Source: Amoebophrya sp. A120 (Eukaryota; Protista; Dinoflagellata). Taken from it: a stretch of DNA of 64,000 nucleotides. The notes beneath the pieces were generated by a model that was not told the DNA's origin, searched no databases, and saw only the letters and a program-made list of their open reading frames with translations. The position numbers were made by a program, and so were the translations under genes. Location: positions 10,458,146-10,522,145 of the forward strand of contig CAJINV010000002.1 of the NCBI GenBank assembly GCA_905178155.1, given 5' to 3'. Shown here piece by piece: positions 13,557 through 24,712 of the stretch; the first letter of the stretch is position 1; the number at the start of each line of letters is the position of its first letter.

Positions 13557-16005
13557 TCAGAACTCGCACCAGTGCAAGTTGACGATGTCACTAGTGACGG
13601 ACGACTTCTCCACGGTTGGGAGCTTCAGCAGCCGCACCTGCTTGCACGTGTTTTCGTTAATCAGATCCGCTCCGTGCTCTTTCATCGCCTCGTGCAACGT
13701 CACAGACACCCAAAACCTTTTCTTGCTTGCCGGCATGGATGAAGCTGCACTGCCGACGGTTTGAAACTTCTGCTCCGTGGTGTCGTAGTTGTACTTGAAA
13801 TCGGAGCCAGCCGGTTCCAGCACCTTGAGCGAGTTGGTAATGTTTTCATCTTGGTGCAAAATTATCGTACTGACAGAAAAGGAAAACATGGTCAGGGGAA
13901 CAGCAAATAAATTATTGCGACTTTCAACATGAGAACGCCATTGCTGCAAATCAGAAAAATCACATCATACGTTTCTCATGCTCGCCAGCACCTGGTAGTA
14001 CATTTCGCTCTTCTGAGCAAAGTTGTCTAGCACGCCTTTCTCAAAAACGATGTCAAAATCGTCCAGCCCCAGTTCGAGGGGCTTCGTCGCGTCGAGAACT
14101 TGGTACTTAACTTCCGGGTTGCGTTCCTGCATCAATTTGACCATGGTGTCGGAGATGTCGGTCGCCGTGACGTCGTACCCGAACTTCGCCCGGACGGCCT
14201 CGGGCAGCTTGCTGTTGCCCGAACCCAGCATCAGGATTTTCACATTGGTATTCAGTTTCTTGTTCACCTCGTCGACCGCGCTCTTCGTTTGTTCATCTTG
14301 TTCAGGCTTGTTTCCGTCAGAAGGGGTCGGCGTGGCCGTGGAATAGTGGCGCAATATCGGCCCGTCAGGCCCGAAGAAGTCTTGCATTGTCTTCAGAGGC
14401 TTCGGTAGTTCGCCGCTGTTGTTCGTCAAAAATGCGGTCGTCTCGCTTTTCGATGCCTGCGCTGCGACGATGGTGCTGGCTGCCTCCGCACCGTCAGTGT
14501 TTTTCTTCTCGGACGTAGATGGCATTTTCGCGAATAGTTTTTCCTTGCGATTGTCGTCGATCTCCCCCACTTCCTTCATCGACAGCCGATTGCCGTCTTT
14601 GTCTACCGGGAACGTGTCGTCGTTCATGTCATCTTCTTTCTGGTAGTAGAACGGCCAGGACACCGGCAGGGAGACAAAATCTGTGTCCTCGTATCCTGTG
14701 CAAAAGTATCGCACTCGTAGTAATTGCAATCATGCATTACAAATTTTTTTCTTAAGGTAAATCCGCATTACAAATTTGATTTGCAATGCTGGGCGAATCT
14801 GTAATGCAATTTATACTAGTACGATACTTTTGCATTGCATACCTCGTCGCCGTCGGCGATACTGTCAATCTCCTCTTTCTCGGCCGCGTCAGTTCCCTTG
14901 AGCACCGGGGTGGTGGCGTAGGGGAAGAGTTCTTCATCGGGCGCGAAGTACCACTCGTACACGTTTCCGTTCGTCTGTTGGTACAACTGTTCCCAGTACG
15001 CCGGCTGGTCAAACGTGAACGTGTCCGTCAAGAATTCCTTCATCAGGCCGCTCAACTCCGTTTCCGGGAGCAGAGATTCCTTCTGCACCTTCACGCGAAT
15101 CACGCCCCGGAGCACGGACAGCGCGTTCTGCATCTGGGCCATCAGAGCCTCGGTTTGCTTTCCCGTACCGGAAGCCCACAAAACCTACTTCATTGATTCA
15201 CGACGTCGACTTGTTTGTATTAAAGGGAAGTATAAGAGCAATAGCAAAACAGGAGTCAGTGGACGAAACAAACACAAAGCTAATCCAGGTTGCAATCTAT
15301 AAACGGAAAGACGTCAAAGCAGGTGGGTCCTTTGATGTTTACGAATTCCTCCGCTCTCTTGCCGAACGCCTTCGTGTCCAGCAACAGCGTTTGCAGTTCT
15401 GCCAAAGAGTCCGAGTTCAGCTTCTCGCCGGTGGCAGCGATGACGAGCAGGTCCTCCATCATATGCATTATGAGCTTACGGATCGAGTTGTCCCGACTTC
15501 GCCGGTGGTACGCCACCGCCTCGAAGGGATCGTGCACCTCCGTGTCCACTTTGCCCGTCATCTTGTCCTCAATCCCGGGGTACATGTCGCTGACGTCTGT
15601 TTCGCCCGGCAACTCCGGCGTGTAGCCTTTGAGGCAGTCCAGGTCCTCGTCGCAGGCCCGTTTTTCGGCGCGCTTTTTCTCCTCTCGTTCGATCTTTTCC
15701 GCGAGAGCTTTTTTCTTCTCCTCCGCCGAACTCTTGGATTTTTTCTTTCCGGGCACTGTGCCATTTCCCGACGAACCTTGCGACACCAGGTCGTACACGA
15801 AACCGGAGAAAATGCAAACACCGAGGCCCAAAACAGCAAAGAGCCAGACGGGCGTTTTGGACGCTTGGGACAACTTTTTCGAGGGGTGTTTGGAGCCGAC
15901 AACATCGTAACTCCCAATGTTCAAGCTGCTCCGCTTGCCTTCCGGAGTGCTCAAACTGCTGCGCTTTTCAGCGAACGCCCTGTTCGAATCGGAAACCGAA
16001 GACAT
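13557..16005 (-). CDS. Class I SAM-dependent methyltransferase (EEF1AKMT4/METTL13-like) with N-terminal transmembrane segment
   Basis: Exons from ORFs 15280-16005, 14816-15181, 13965-14729 and 13557-13949. Motifs: YWEQLY...YEWY, ILMLGSGNS (motif I), VTATDIS, YQVLDAT, FDIVFEKGVLD. Hydrophobic stretch VWLFAVLGLGVCIFSGFVY. The 3'-most intron boundary is unresolved. Confidence 0.78.
14692..14841. mobile_element. Introner/MITE-like element E2
   Basis: tatcctgtgcaaaagtatcgcact...agtacgatacttttgcattgcata with perfect TSD cctcg (14687-14691, 14842-14846). Three GCATTACA(A/G)AT motifs inside. Removal restores DGDEDTDF. Confidence 0.9.
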
Positions 16006-16542
16006 GCTGCTGCGAGCGACTTGATGCGATTGCGCCGTGAAAATCTGCCTATCGTGCCTTCGCGTCGGTATAATTGGTGTTGGACTTTCTGCACAAAAGT
16101 ATACTTTATTTTGTTGCCTGATGTTGGCTACATGACGGGATCTTCTTCTTTGCTCGATGGGGTCCGTTCACAAAGTGCCGACTTTTTATTTGGAACGGAC
16201 CTGGGAACACACACGCAAAAGCAATCGAAAGGATGATCTTTCTGCAACTAAAAGAAGAAGAACAGAAACCTACAATACCGAACGATTTTCTGTCGAACAT
16301 TGCACCCAATGTCTGACGGCTGCAGCTTCGCGAATGTGCTATTTTCCCGTGTTGTTGCGACAAGCTCTTGATCTATTCAGAGTGATCGTTCAACGCCGGA
16401 GGTACAGACGACGTTGACGCAAACGTCGAATAGCATCTTCATGTGATTCCAATACCAAAAGCAATTCTTGTACAGTGTGTCGTTTTGTTGATTTTCTTTT
16501 TCTGCTATACTTTTACAACAACAAAAAAAAACTTGTTCCGCC

Positions 16543-17141
16543 TCAGAGCTTCGCAAGGTTTTTCTCTAGCTGAGCTGCCTCACCGTCTCGTACGCAGGAA
16601 ATCGTCTCCTGGCACTCCTGCTTGCAGCGCACTGTTATCGTGGCCCCATTCTCCGCCTGGAAGGTTTTTTCACTGCACGACGAGCTTTTCCGCGATCTCG
16701 TCGTTAGGGCAATGCTTCCATTTCCCCTGGGCATGTTTGCAAGCAGTTTCGCGTTTCTCGTCAGGAGTGCGTCGTGCTCCATGGAGGTGCGACGAGAATT
16801 CGCTTCGGCGTCGTCCGCATCTACCCGCGCCGGCTTCACCTTTCGGAGCGAGTTCCAGGTCATCGCCATCGTGATCTCCCTTGCCAAAAAAATTCCCTGT
16901 GCTAGTGCTATTCCTCACTCATGAGTCGGATTAGTTGTTTGATACCACTTTGGCGCAAGGAAGTAGGTGTGAAAGCACTGTGATCTCGTCGACGCACGCT
17001 AGAAGTGGGAGTTTCAGCCGAAATGGAAGAGGACATTCCTCGAGTTTGACGCGCTTTCTTCATTCTCTCGGAGACACGACGAATTTGCAGAGAAAAGGCA
17101 AATGTGTGGCCCGGACCCCGCCCATCCAATGTCATAGGCAC
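16543..17141 (-). CDS. Possible small hypothetical protein (2 exons, frame uncertain)
   Basis: Overlapping short minus-strand ORFs with a GT donor near 16945 and an AG acceptor near 16897. No domain recognised. Confidence 0.3.
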
Positions 17142-17231
17142 TCGGAGTTGATGTAGATGTTGATGTCGCCAACGTCTTGGTCGTAATACTACGTGCTGAA
17201 TGTACGAAGCGAATCCTTAGTGTACCGATTT

Positions 17232-19331
17232 TCACCCAGAGGACAGAAGCGGTTTTGCAAGGGAGGTTTCTTCCCTACGCGGGCTTTGTTTGGTTGCACG
17301 AGTCGGTCGGCGATAGTCAGGAACCAGCGTCGAAGACATTCTCATTGAAAGCGACGCATTTCGCATACTGGTCTCGGCAATGTCCGGAGTTAGAACATGC
17401 GGTACGGTGACGAGGTCTAGAAGTTCGAGGTCGGGAGGCTGGAGTCGGGCGGCCGAGACACGACTCACAATACTGGACAGCACGCCACGGCTTACAAAAC
17501 CCTCGGTCCTTTCCGTGGGCGGGTCCTGCTCCAGCTGGTGTTCTTGTAATTGCTCGAAGATGATCAAACTTTGCCGCAGTGCCAGCATTTCCTCTTCGTC
17601 GCTTTCCACGGCGCTCTCCCGTGGCGACTCTGCGGCTGGCCGATCACTGTCCTCCTCTTCGCGCAGCCGAGCCATTGGTTTGTTCTTTATTGCCGACATC
17701 CGCGGACTACTTGCCACCGTTTTCCTCTCCTCTTCGCTGGTCCCGGGTTGCTGTTGTAACTGGTCCATCTTGCTGCGGATCTGGTCGATGCCGGAGGTTA
17801 CCAGTCGCTGTTCCGTGTCTGCCGGCACGAGCGCAGAGAAACAGCACACGGCGCACACGGACACACACCCTAGGATGAAAAAGGGGAAAAAGCTTGTGAC
17901 GCCGAACAAATCCGAGGTGAAGGAACACAGCAGCGTCCCCACGACCCGACCGATGTTGCCGTAAAGACACATGCGGCCAAACACGTGCCCGCGTTTTGTC
18001 ACGTCCGGCGCACACATAGCAATCAACACCGGCTGGCTGCAGCTGCGAATGTTGTTGCCCACGTTCAGTGTCACGAGCATTAAAACGGCAAGCAACTTCT
18101 TCGACTGGTCGCAGGCGCAGAGAAGAAAAAAGGATAGGGCGGAACCGCTAGTCCCCCAGAGGAGGGCGGTCCGGTGCCCATATTTGCTCTGCACCACCGG
18201 AACGACAAACGTCGTACTGCAAACCAGGGCGGCGGAGACCAACGACATCAGATAGCTGATCTGCAACACCGTAAACCCGATCGCGTCGCAGAAAAACAGC
18301 GTGAAAATCGCTGTCGTGCCCGCACCGGAGAAATTTCGGAAAAAACCATCCACATACACCGCCATAAGTGTGCGGGTTTGCAGTGCCGTTGCTTGAACCG
18401 GAGCGATCTTTGCGTTCGTCAGTGGCTTCTTGTGCATAGAAGTAGATGATGCTCGCGGGGCGGCAGACGTGGCCACACTTCGAGTACTTCCTGAAGTAGT
18501 GCGACTTTGATCGTCCTGTCTTTTCCACCCGCTGTCGCCTTTCACTTTTACACTGCTCCGTAGTTCTGACTTCTTGCTTTGTTGCCTCATCGCCTCTAGC
18601 CACGCAGGACTTTCCTGCAGATACAGAAAGTCGATGAAAAACATCGCGAGGGATAACACACCGGTGAAGAAAAACCCACAGGACCAGCTCACGGCCGACA
18701 AAACGCCTCCTACCAGCGGCCCGAACAGACAGGCCAGCGGCTGACTTGTCTGCAGCCAGTTGAGCAGCTGTCGGCGGGTTGCTTCATCTTTCGCGACGTC
18801 GGTAAAGTACACCTGGGCAACCTCGAGAATCACCACGAAAATTCCCAGCCAGAAGTTGCTCACCGCCAGAAGCCAAATAGTCGGCGAGAAGCCCTGCGCG
18901 AACAGGCCGAAGGACACGCCGAGCGAGCTGAGATACAGAACCGTCGCCCTGCCGTAGCTGTCAGCAAGGGACGCAATCACCGGGGGGAAAACAGCACCGG
19001 ACACGGCCTTCAGCGAAAAAATGATGCCCACGTCCAGCGGGGTGCCGTGCAGTTGTTTCGTCACGTAGAACGGCAGGGTCAAGATGTTCACGGATACCGC
19101 AACGAAGTCGATGAAATTCGTAAGCACAACCAAGAAGATGGAGCGCTTCGTGACAGAACAACTCAGGATCGTTTGTTGAGGACCGGCTGTACCAGATGAA
19201 AACATCTTTTCACATGCCCTTGAGATCAATGAGTCACAGTGTTGATCCTCTCTCGCACCGACAGTCTCAGAATGGATATTACTGAGAAGCCACCCAGAAA
19301 AATATATGCCAAAAGCACACCTTGAACTCAA
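17232..19331 (-). CDS. Major facilitator superfamily transporter (DHA1/TetA-like)
   Basis: About 12 hydrophobic segments in two groups separated by a long hydrophilic loop. Motif A-like SLADSYGRATVL and second-half SKYGHR, plus LFGPLVGGVLS. The likely ATG is at 19205. Confidence 0.88.
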   Translation of the reverse strand: MSSRCAFGIYFSGWLLSNIHSETVGAREDQHCDSLISRACEKMFSSGTAGPQQTILSCSVTKRSIFLVVLTNFIDFVAVSVNILTLPFYVTKQLHGTPLDVGIIFSLKAVSGAVFPPVIASLADSYGRATVLYLSSLGVSFGLFAQGFSPTIWLLAVSNFWLGIFVVILEVAQVYFTDVAKDEATRRQLLNWLQTSQPLACLFGPLVGGVLSAVSWSCGFFFTGVLSLAMFFIDFLYLQESPAWLEAMRQQSKKSELRSSVKVKGDSGWKRQDDQSRTTSGSTRSVATSAAPRASSTSMHKKPLTNAKIAPVQATALQTRTLMAVYVDGFFRNFSGAGTTAIFTLFFCDAIGFTVLQISYLMSLVSAALVCSTTFVVPVVQSKYGHRTALLWGTSGSALSFFLLCACDQSKKLLAVLMLVTLNVGNNIRSCSQPVLIAMCAPDVTKRGHVFGRMCLYGNIGRVVGTLLCSFTSDLFGVTSFFPFFILGCVSVCAVCCFSALVPADTEQRLVTSGIDQIRSKMDQLQQQPGTSEEERKTVASSPRMSAIKNKPMARLREEEDSDRPAAESPRESAVESDEEEMLALRQSLIIFEQLQEHQLEQDPPTERTEGFVSRGVLSSIVSRVSAARLQPPDLELLDLVTVPHVLTPDIAETSMRNASLSMRMSSTLVPDYRRPTRATKQSPRREETSLAKPLLSSG

Positions 19332-19473
19332 AAGATCAAAGATATATAAAACGAGGATCTGTTCATCGCCGCCGGTTCCAAAGATTTAACAAGCCTGCGC
19401 GCGAAAGCAGAGTTGAAGCTTTGTTTCCGTTCATCTCAGGATGATGAAAATTAATTGGCTTTCTTCATAATTT

Positions 19474-22400
19474 TCAGCTGACTTTTTGCCAAAGCGGAGA
19501 AACCCCCGCTGCACCAGGAGTAGCACTTCCACTTCTGCTCTTTGCGTCTATGCTATTATTGTAAAAGCCTGCGTGCTGGTAAGCGTAGGGAGCAACTCCT
19601 GCTGACACAGTAGTTGCGGTACAGGTAGCTGCAACTCGACCAGCTGCACCATTCTCAGTCAAAGTTGCTTTCCTTCTTTCCTGCAACGCTAGATTCGCCT
19701 CCCGCTGCACCAAATGCAATTCCTTTAGCCGAATTTTCTTGTCCCGTGCGGTCGCATCGGTTCGTACCTCTTCCATCTTCGCCGCCAACTCCGCCACGCG
19801 GGCGTCCGACTGTCGCTTCTTTTCCTCGTGCTCCCGCTTTATCGCCTCCAGCTTCGTTTCTTGCAGCTCGAATTTCATCCGCCAGTCTCTGTTCAAATCC
19901 GCGATCGCAATTTCCTTCTCGTGCTTCGCCTGCGAAATTTCCTCGTCCTTCTTCGACGCAAGCAACGCGAGTTGCGACTCCTTCTCCAGAATCTGGGTTC
20001 GCGCTTCCTCCAGCTGAAGCTCGTAGTGGCTCTGGACCTGCTTGACCTGCAGGTCAAATTTCGCCACCCGCTTTTCAAAATGCTCGGTTTCCTGGCGCAT
20101 CGCGAGCTCAATGTGCTGCAGCTTTGTGGTCTGTTGGAGGCACTCGTCGCTCTTCTTGTCCAGTTCGGACTCGACGAATTGCAAGCGGCGGGCCAGAAGT
20201 TCTTGGTTCGTACTGCTCTTCTGTTGAGATTGCCCAGCGGGGGCCGGTGGAGCACCAGTCGCCGTTGCTTCTTCTTTCTTCGGGACAGAAGTTGTTGTGG
20301 ACTCCTGGTCTGCAGGCATCGCGACCGTCGTGGCCGGCGAAGTTCTTGCCGGAAGTGCAACATCAGTCCCAGGATGTGGAGTAGCAGCAGCAGTAGTGTT
20401 CGCAGCGCCAGCATCTGCCGTTGTATGGGACTCTGGAAGTAGTATGGTTGTATTTACCTCGTCCGGAGGTGCTGGTGGTTCCCCTGCACCAGCTGCGCCG
20501 GGCGCTCCTTGAGCTTTGCTCCGATCCTTCGGCTCGTCCGGAGCAGCAGCAGCAGCAGCAGCAGCTTCTCCCTTCGACTCAGCTGCAGGCTCTGCTCCGC
20601 TTTGCGCTTTGCTGCTCATGAACTGCTCGAATTCGGCAAACAGCTTGTCCGTTACCCGAGTTGCAGGAGCGGTGCTAATTGTGGTGGAACTTGATGAACT
20701 GGATGAGGCAGGTGCGCCTGTTGCTCGTGTGCTAGACGAGGACTGGTCCTTCACGACTTCAGGCAGGTGCAAGGGCGCCACGTGAAAGTCGATTGCAGGG
20801 GTCGGGAGATCCACGTGCGGCAAATCCAGAAATTGAGCGGCTGATGAAGAAGAAGCACGAGCAACAGTTTTCATCGAGGATGTAGTTGGAACTGCGTTCG
20901 ATTGACCCGGAATTACTGCAGAAACGGCAGATGTTGAGCCGACATCTTGATTTTTTTCCTCATTTCCTATTCCCGGCACAAGTGTATCTCCCACGTCGTC
21001 TGTTTCGCAAGGCTTCTTCGTGCAAGCATCTTCCTCCCCGCCCAAAATACTGGCGGTACACGTTGACTCTCTTCTGCTCAACACCAGCTTTTCTTTCTCC
21101 AGTTGCAAGATTTTTCGTTGGTACTCCAGATTCAGCTCGTCCAGCTTGCGATTATTGATCTCGAGCATCCGCAACTTTTTCCGCGGTGAGATCCTGCTCC
21201 GACTCGTGCTCGCTTCGCTCGCGTTCGAAAACGGGAGAAGATGCTCACTCCCAAAATCCAAGTTGAGCAGGTCGTGTCCGCTGTAGCTGCGACTGTAGGC
21301 AGACAGTCGAGACTTGTTGTGCGCACCTGATATATTGGCTGCTGCGCTGAGCGCAGCTTCGTCGAGGCTGAGAAAATGATCCGACGACCCTGCCCCAGCC
21401 CCTGCTCTACTCGAGTAATGGTCGTCGAACACGTCGAGCGCGAGCAAGTCCTCGTCGTCGCTATCCTCCTCGTCATCGGGCAACAGATTCAACAAATCCT
21501 CATGCTCACCCGCCGGGATGATGACAGACGGAGACCCGGGAGGTTCGGAGCCGTCGTCCACGGCCTGATGTTCTAGCTCCTGCTTGATGTCGTAGTTGCC
21601 TTCTCGACCTCTTTGTTTACGCTTACTCTTGTTCTCGACTTCTGCTCCTCCGTGGGAAAGACCGCTTGCGCTGAGCAGGGCGTTGCTTCTCTTCGCTGTT
21701 CCAGCACTCATCCTTCTTCGATTCTTCCCGGCTTTGTTCAGCGGCACGCGGTGCTGGTGGAATGAGCTCAAATTCGTGCTCCAATTCGACGTCGACCTGG
21801 AACTGTTCGGGGTTTTCACGGCCGACTTGCTGCTCGCGTTGTAGGTACTCCGCAGGTACCCTGCGTGCGGGTTATTGGCGCCTCCTGCCCGTGTGCTGCG
21901 ATTTTGCGGTCTTCCAGCTACACTAGTCCTAGCCCCCGCCACGGCGAACTGGTTGGGAAAATATTGCTCCGGATGGACGACATCTGTGTCGTGGAACGGG
22001 GCCTCTGGGTGATAATCGAAAAGATCTGACGTTTTCCGGGACGATCGAGGATCATGACCGGACGGGACACCATAGCTCTGTTCTTCTTTTCTCGTTCTCC
22101 TTCCAACTCCGGCGTAAGAGCTCGAGGTCCGCGAGTTCACCGAGCCTGTGCTCGGCACGCGCTTCAGGCCACGGGGCTGCTGCACGGTGCGCGAGGCAAC
22201 AAGCAACCCGTTTTGCTCTTCTTGGCCCAGCATGAGCTGCAGGTGCTCGTCCTGCTGCTGACCACGTGCGACGACTCCGGTGCCGCCCGGCGAGCGCAAT
22301 AGAGAGAGGTCCAGATTGGAAAGGTCGATCGCAGCTCCAACGCTGTGCTGCTGCGCAATATGATCCATAGAGCCAATACCGCTCGTGCCAGCTCCTCCGG

Positions 22401-23101
22401 GAACGATAGAGGTCGTGCTCAGATTGCTCGATGAAGCAGCAGCGGCGTGATGGCCTCGGAGATCTGATTTTGATGTGTGGCGCAAGAGTCGGCGCAGTCT
22501 TTTGCGGTCGCTTGTAGTCACGAGTAAATCAACACGAGGACGAGTAGAATGCGCTAGTAGCTCAAGAACAGTATGCATGGCGTTTCCATTTTGATTTTGG
22601 GAACATGTATACAGATTTTCGATTTGTTTTGCTTAAACGACAAGAACTGACAAAGGTCTACTCGAGTCTACCTCTCACAAGCGTTGCCACCCTGGTGGAG
22701 CTCGGTCCACCTTGCTGCATGTGTGAGGCTGGAGGATATCCCGCGGGGTAGAAGGACTTCGTTGATCTATTTCCGTGCTGCTCTACGTAGGCACCTGCAC
22801 CTCCATAGTGTTGTTTGCGCTGAGATGCTGGATGGTCTACCATCACACTTCTCGACGAGGTAGACGGAAAATACTGGCTTCGCGTAGCTCCTGCGGCGCC
22901 ATGCTGGAAGGACGAGACTGCTTGGTCGACGCGTTGAGCAAATTCTGGTTTGGAAAACCTTCGCAAGGCTTTCTCAAGCTGATTCTGGAACTCGGGGCTC
23001 GGCTTCAAGACACCCAGCTGTGGAACTTGTGTACGGCGATCAGCAAGCAAGGGCCGTGGATAATCCGGATCCGACGGCGAACTAGTTTTAGACTTGGACA
23101 T
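19474..23101 (-). CDS. Low-complexity / coiled-coil hypothetical protein (2 exons)
   Basis: ORFs 22658-23101 and 19474-22578 are separated by a short AT-rich intron with a GT donor. C-terminal heptad-rich region (LARRLQFVESELDKK...LALQERRK) and Ser/Ala-rich tracts. Confidence 0.7.
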
Positions 23102-23691
23102 CTTGATCTTGGGAATAAAAGGCGAGGCTTCACTTTTAGCGACTAGTGACGCAGAATCTGCATGTTCCTGTGTCTAACTGCAGCAAATTTGAAGTAGGCT
23201 TTTCTCAAAAAGGTCGCGCTCAACTCTACACAACCTGAACCTTGTCCATCGGACACCTTCGTAGCACGTGAAAACATCGCTCAAACAACCAAAAGAACAG
23301 AAGAAAGCTTACGCTTACCAAATCGACTCGACCCTCGAGCCTATTCGTGATAAATAACGGCGATGTCGAAGACAAAACGACGCGACGAGGGCCAGTTTGC
23401 TACATCATCTAAATCTCTCAACAACGACAAGGGAAAGAACATTGAGCCACTTAGTACCAGAATGGGATGAAGGACAACAACACATGAACAGACAGACGAC
23501 ATCAATGGCCCAGCAGAGGGATATGTCGGAAACTCGTGCCCCCTTATTGTTTTCGTGACAGCGACCTGTAAAAGAAAGCAAAAGTAAGAGATGAAAACTA
23601 AAACATCTTTCTTTATCGTGCGAACTTTTTTCGGTTCAACTCGACCCGTTGGCCGAGTCCGCGCGGCAATTCCTGCTGCACTGACCGCACT

Positions 23692-24165
23692 TTATGGTAG
23701 TACGAGTTCCACTTCTGAGGCGCTGGAGGGTGCCACGAGGAAGGCCGAGTAGTCGATTCCGTTCTTCACGCAGACTGCCTTCAGTTTCTCGAGGTCAATT
23801 TGTGCTTGCTGTAGCTCCTGCACCATCTCGCCCAGCTTTTCACTCGACTCGAGCTTTTCTTGTCGGAGCTTCTCGATTTCCACTTGTGCCTCCTGCAGCT
23901 GCATCAACACACTGCCGAGCTCCTCCCCGGTTGCGAGTTTCTCTTCCCGGGCCTTTTCGATTTCGACCTGTGCCAGCTGCAGCTCCTTCACGTAGAAGGC
24001 GACGTCCACCTCTGGTTCGTTCGGGCGGTCCTTGGAAGAGCTCGAGGGCGCCTTGTCCTCCGTCGTGGTCTCTACTTCCAGCAACGGCTTGAGCGAGCCC
24101 GATCGCTGCAGCTTCAGTTGCCGAAGCTTCGCGCTTGACTCTGGCGGCTCACCGGCGTCGGCCAT
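23692..24165 (-). CDS. Small coiled-coil protein with about three 28-aa repeats
   Basis: 157-aa ORF with ATG start and GC-rich third codon positions. Repeats ELQLAQVEIEKAREEKL / QLQEAQVEIEKLRQEKL / ELQQAQIDLEKLK. Confidence 0.75.
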   Translation of the reverse strand: MADAGEPPESSAKLRQLKLQRSGSLKPLLEVETTTEDKAPSSSSKDRPNEPEVDVAFYVKELQLAQVEIEKAREEKLATGEELGSVLMQLQEAQVEIEKLRQEKLESSEKLGEMVQELQQAQIDLEKLKAVCVKNGIDYSAFLVAPSSASEVELVLP

Positions 24166-24712
24166 GGTCGGTTTTTTATTGAAGCTGGCTTTGCAAGAAG
24201 GAGGTCCTCTCCGTCTACTTTTTGGAAAACGAAAATACGACTCTCCGACACAGGAAAATGATGATCATCAACATGAAAATGATGCCTCGGAATTTCTCGC
24301 GAGACGCCACCGTATGAGTTTTATTTTCCACCTCTCGATGCCGCACTGGCACTTCCTAATTGATTTATTTCTCTCAATGCAAAAAACAACGACACAAAAC
24401 GCGGAAAGGCAGGGACATGGACACCGTGCACAGCTACAGCGATAGACAAGCGGCTTCCCACGATGTGGATCCGGCAGTGTTCCGAAAGAACTGTGGCAGT
24501 CGATCGGTGCCGATTTATTCTTGCTCGTGCTATTCAGTTGTAGCTCCAGTAGCAGTACTACTACAGCGCCGCCACCAGACCATCATAAGTCTGGCTCTGG
24601 TGTGAAAGTGATTCTGATTGTGATTGAAGTTTACGAACATGTGAAAGTGAGATAGATGAAGTAAGACTTTGCTGTGGGACGACTCGCATCGCCTCTGGTT
24701 GACCACCACCCT

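Noticed and set aside
13863-13969. Intron-like segment with TAT...ATA ends in the methyltransferase gene
   Set aside because: No direct repeat or TIR, and the 5-nt offset does not restore the frame. The boundary is unresolved, so it is not counted as an introner.
20544-20563. (GCA)n microsatellite
   Set aside because: It simply encodes a poly-Ala tract within the coiled-coil protein.
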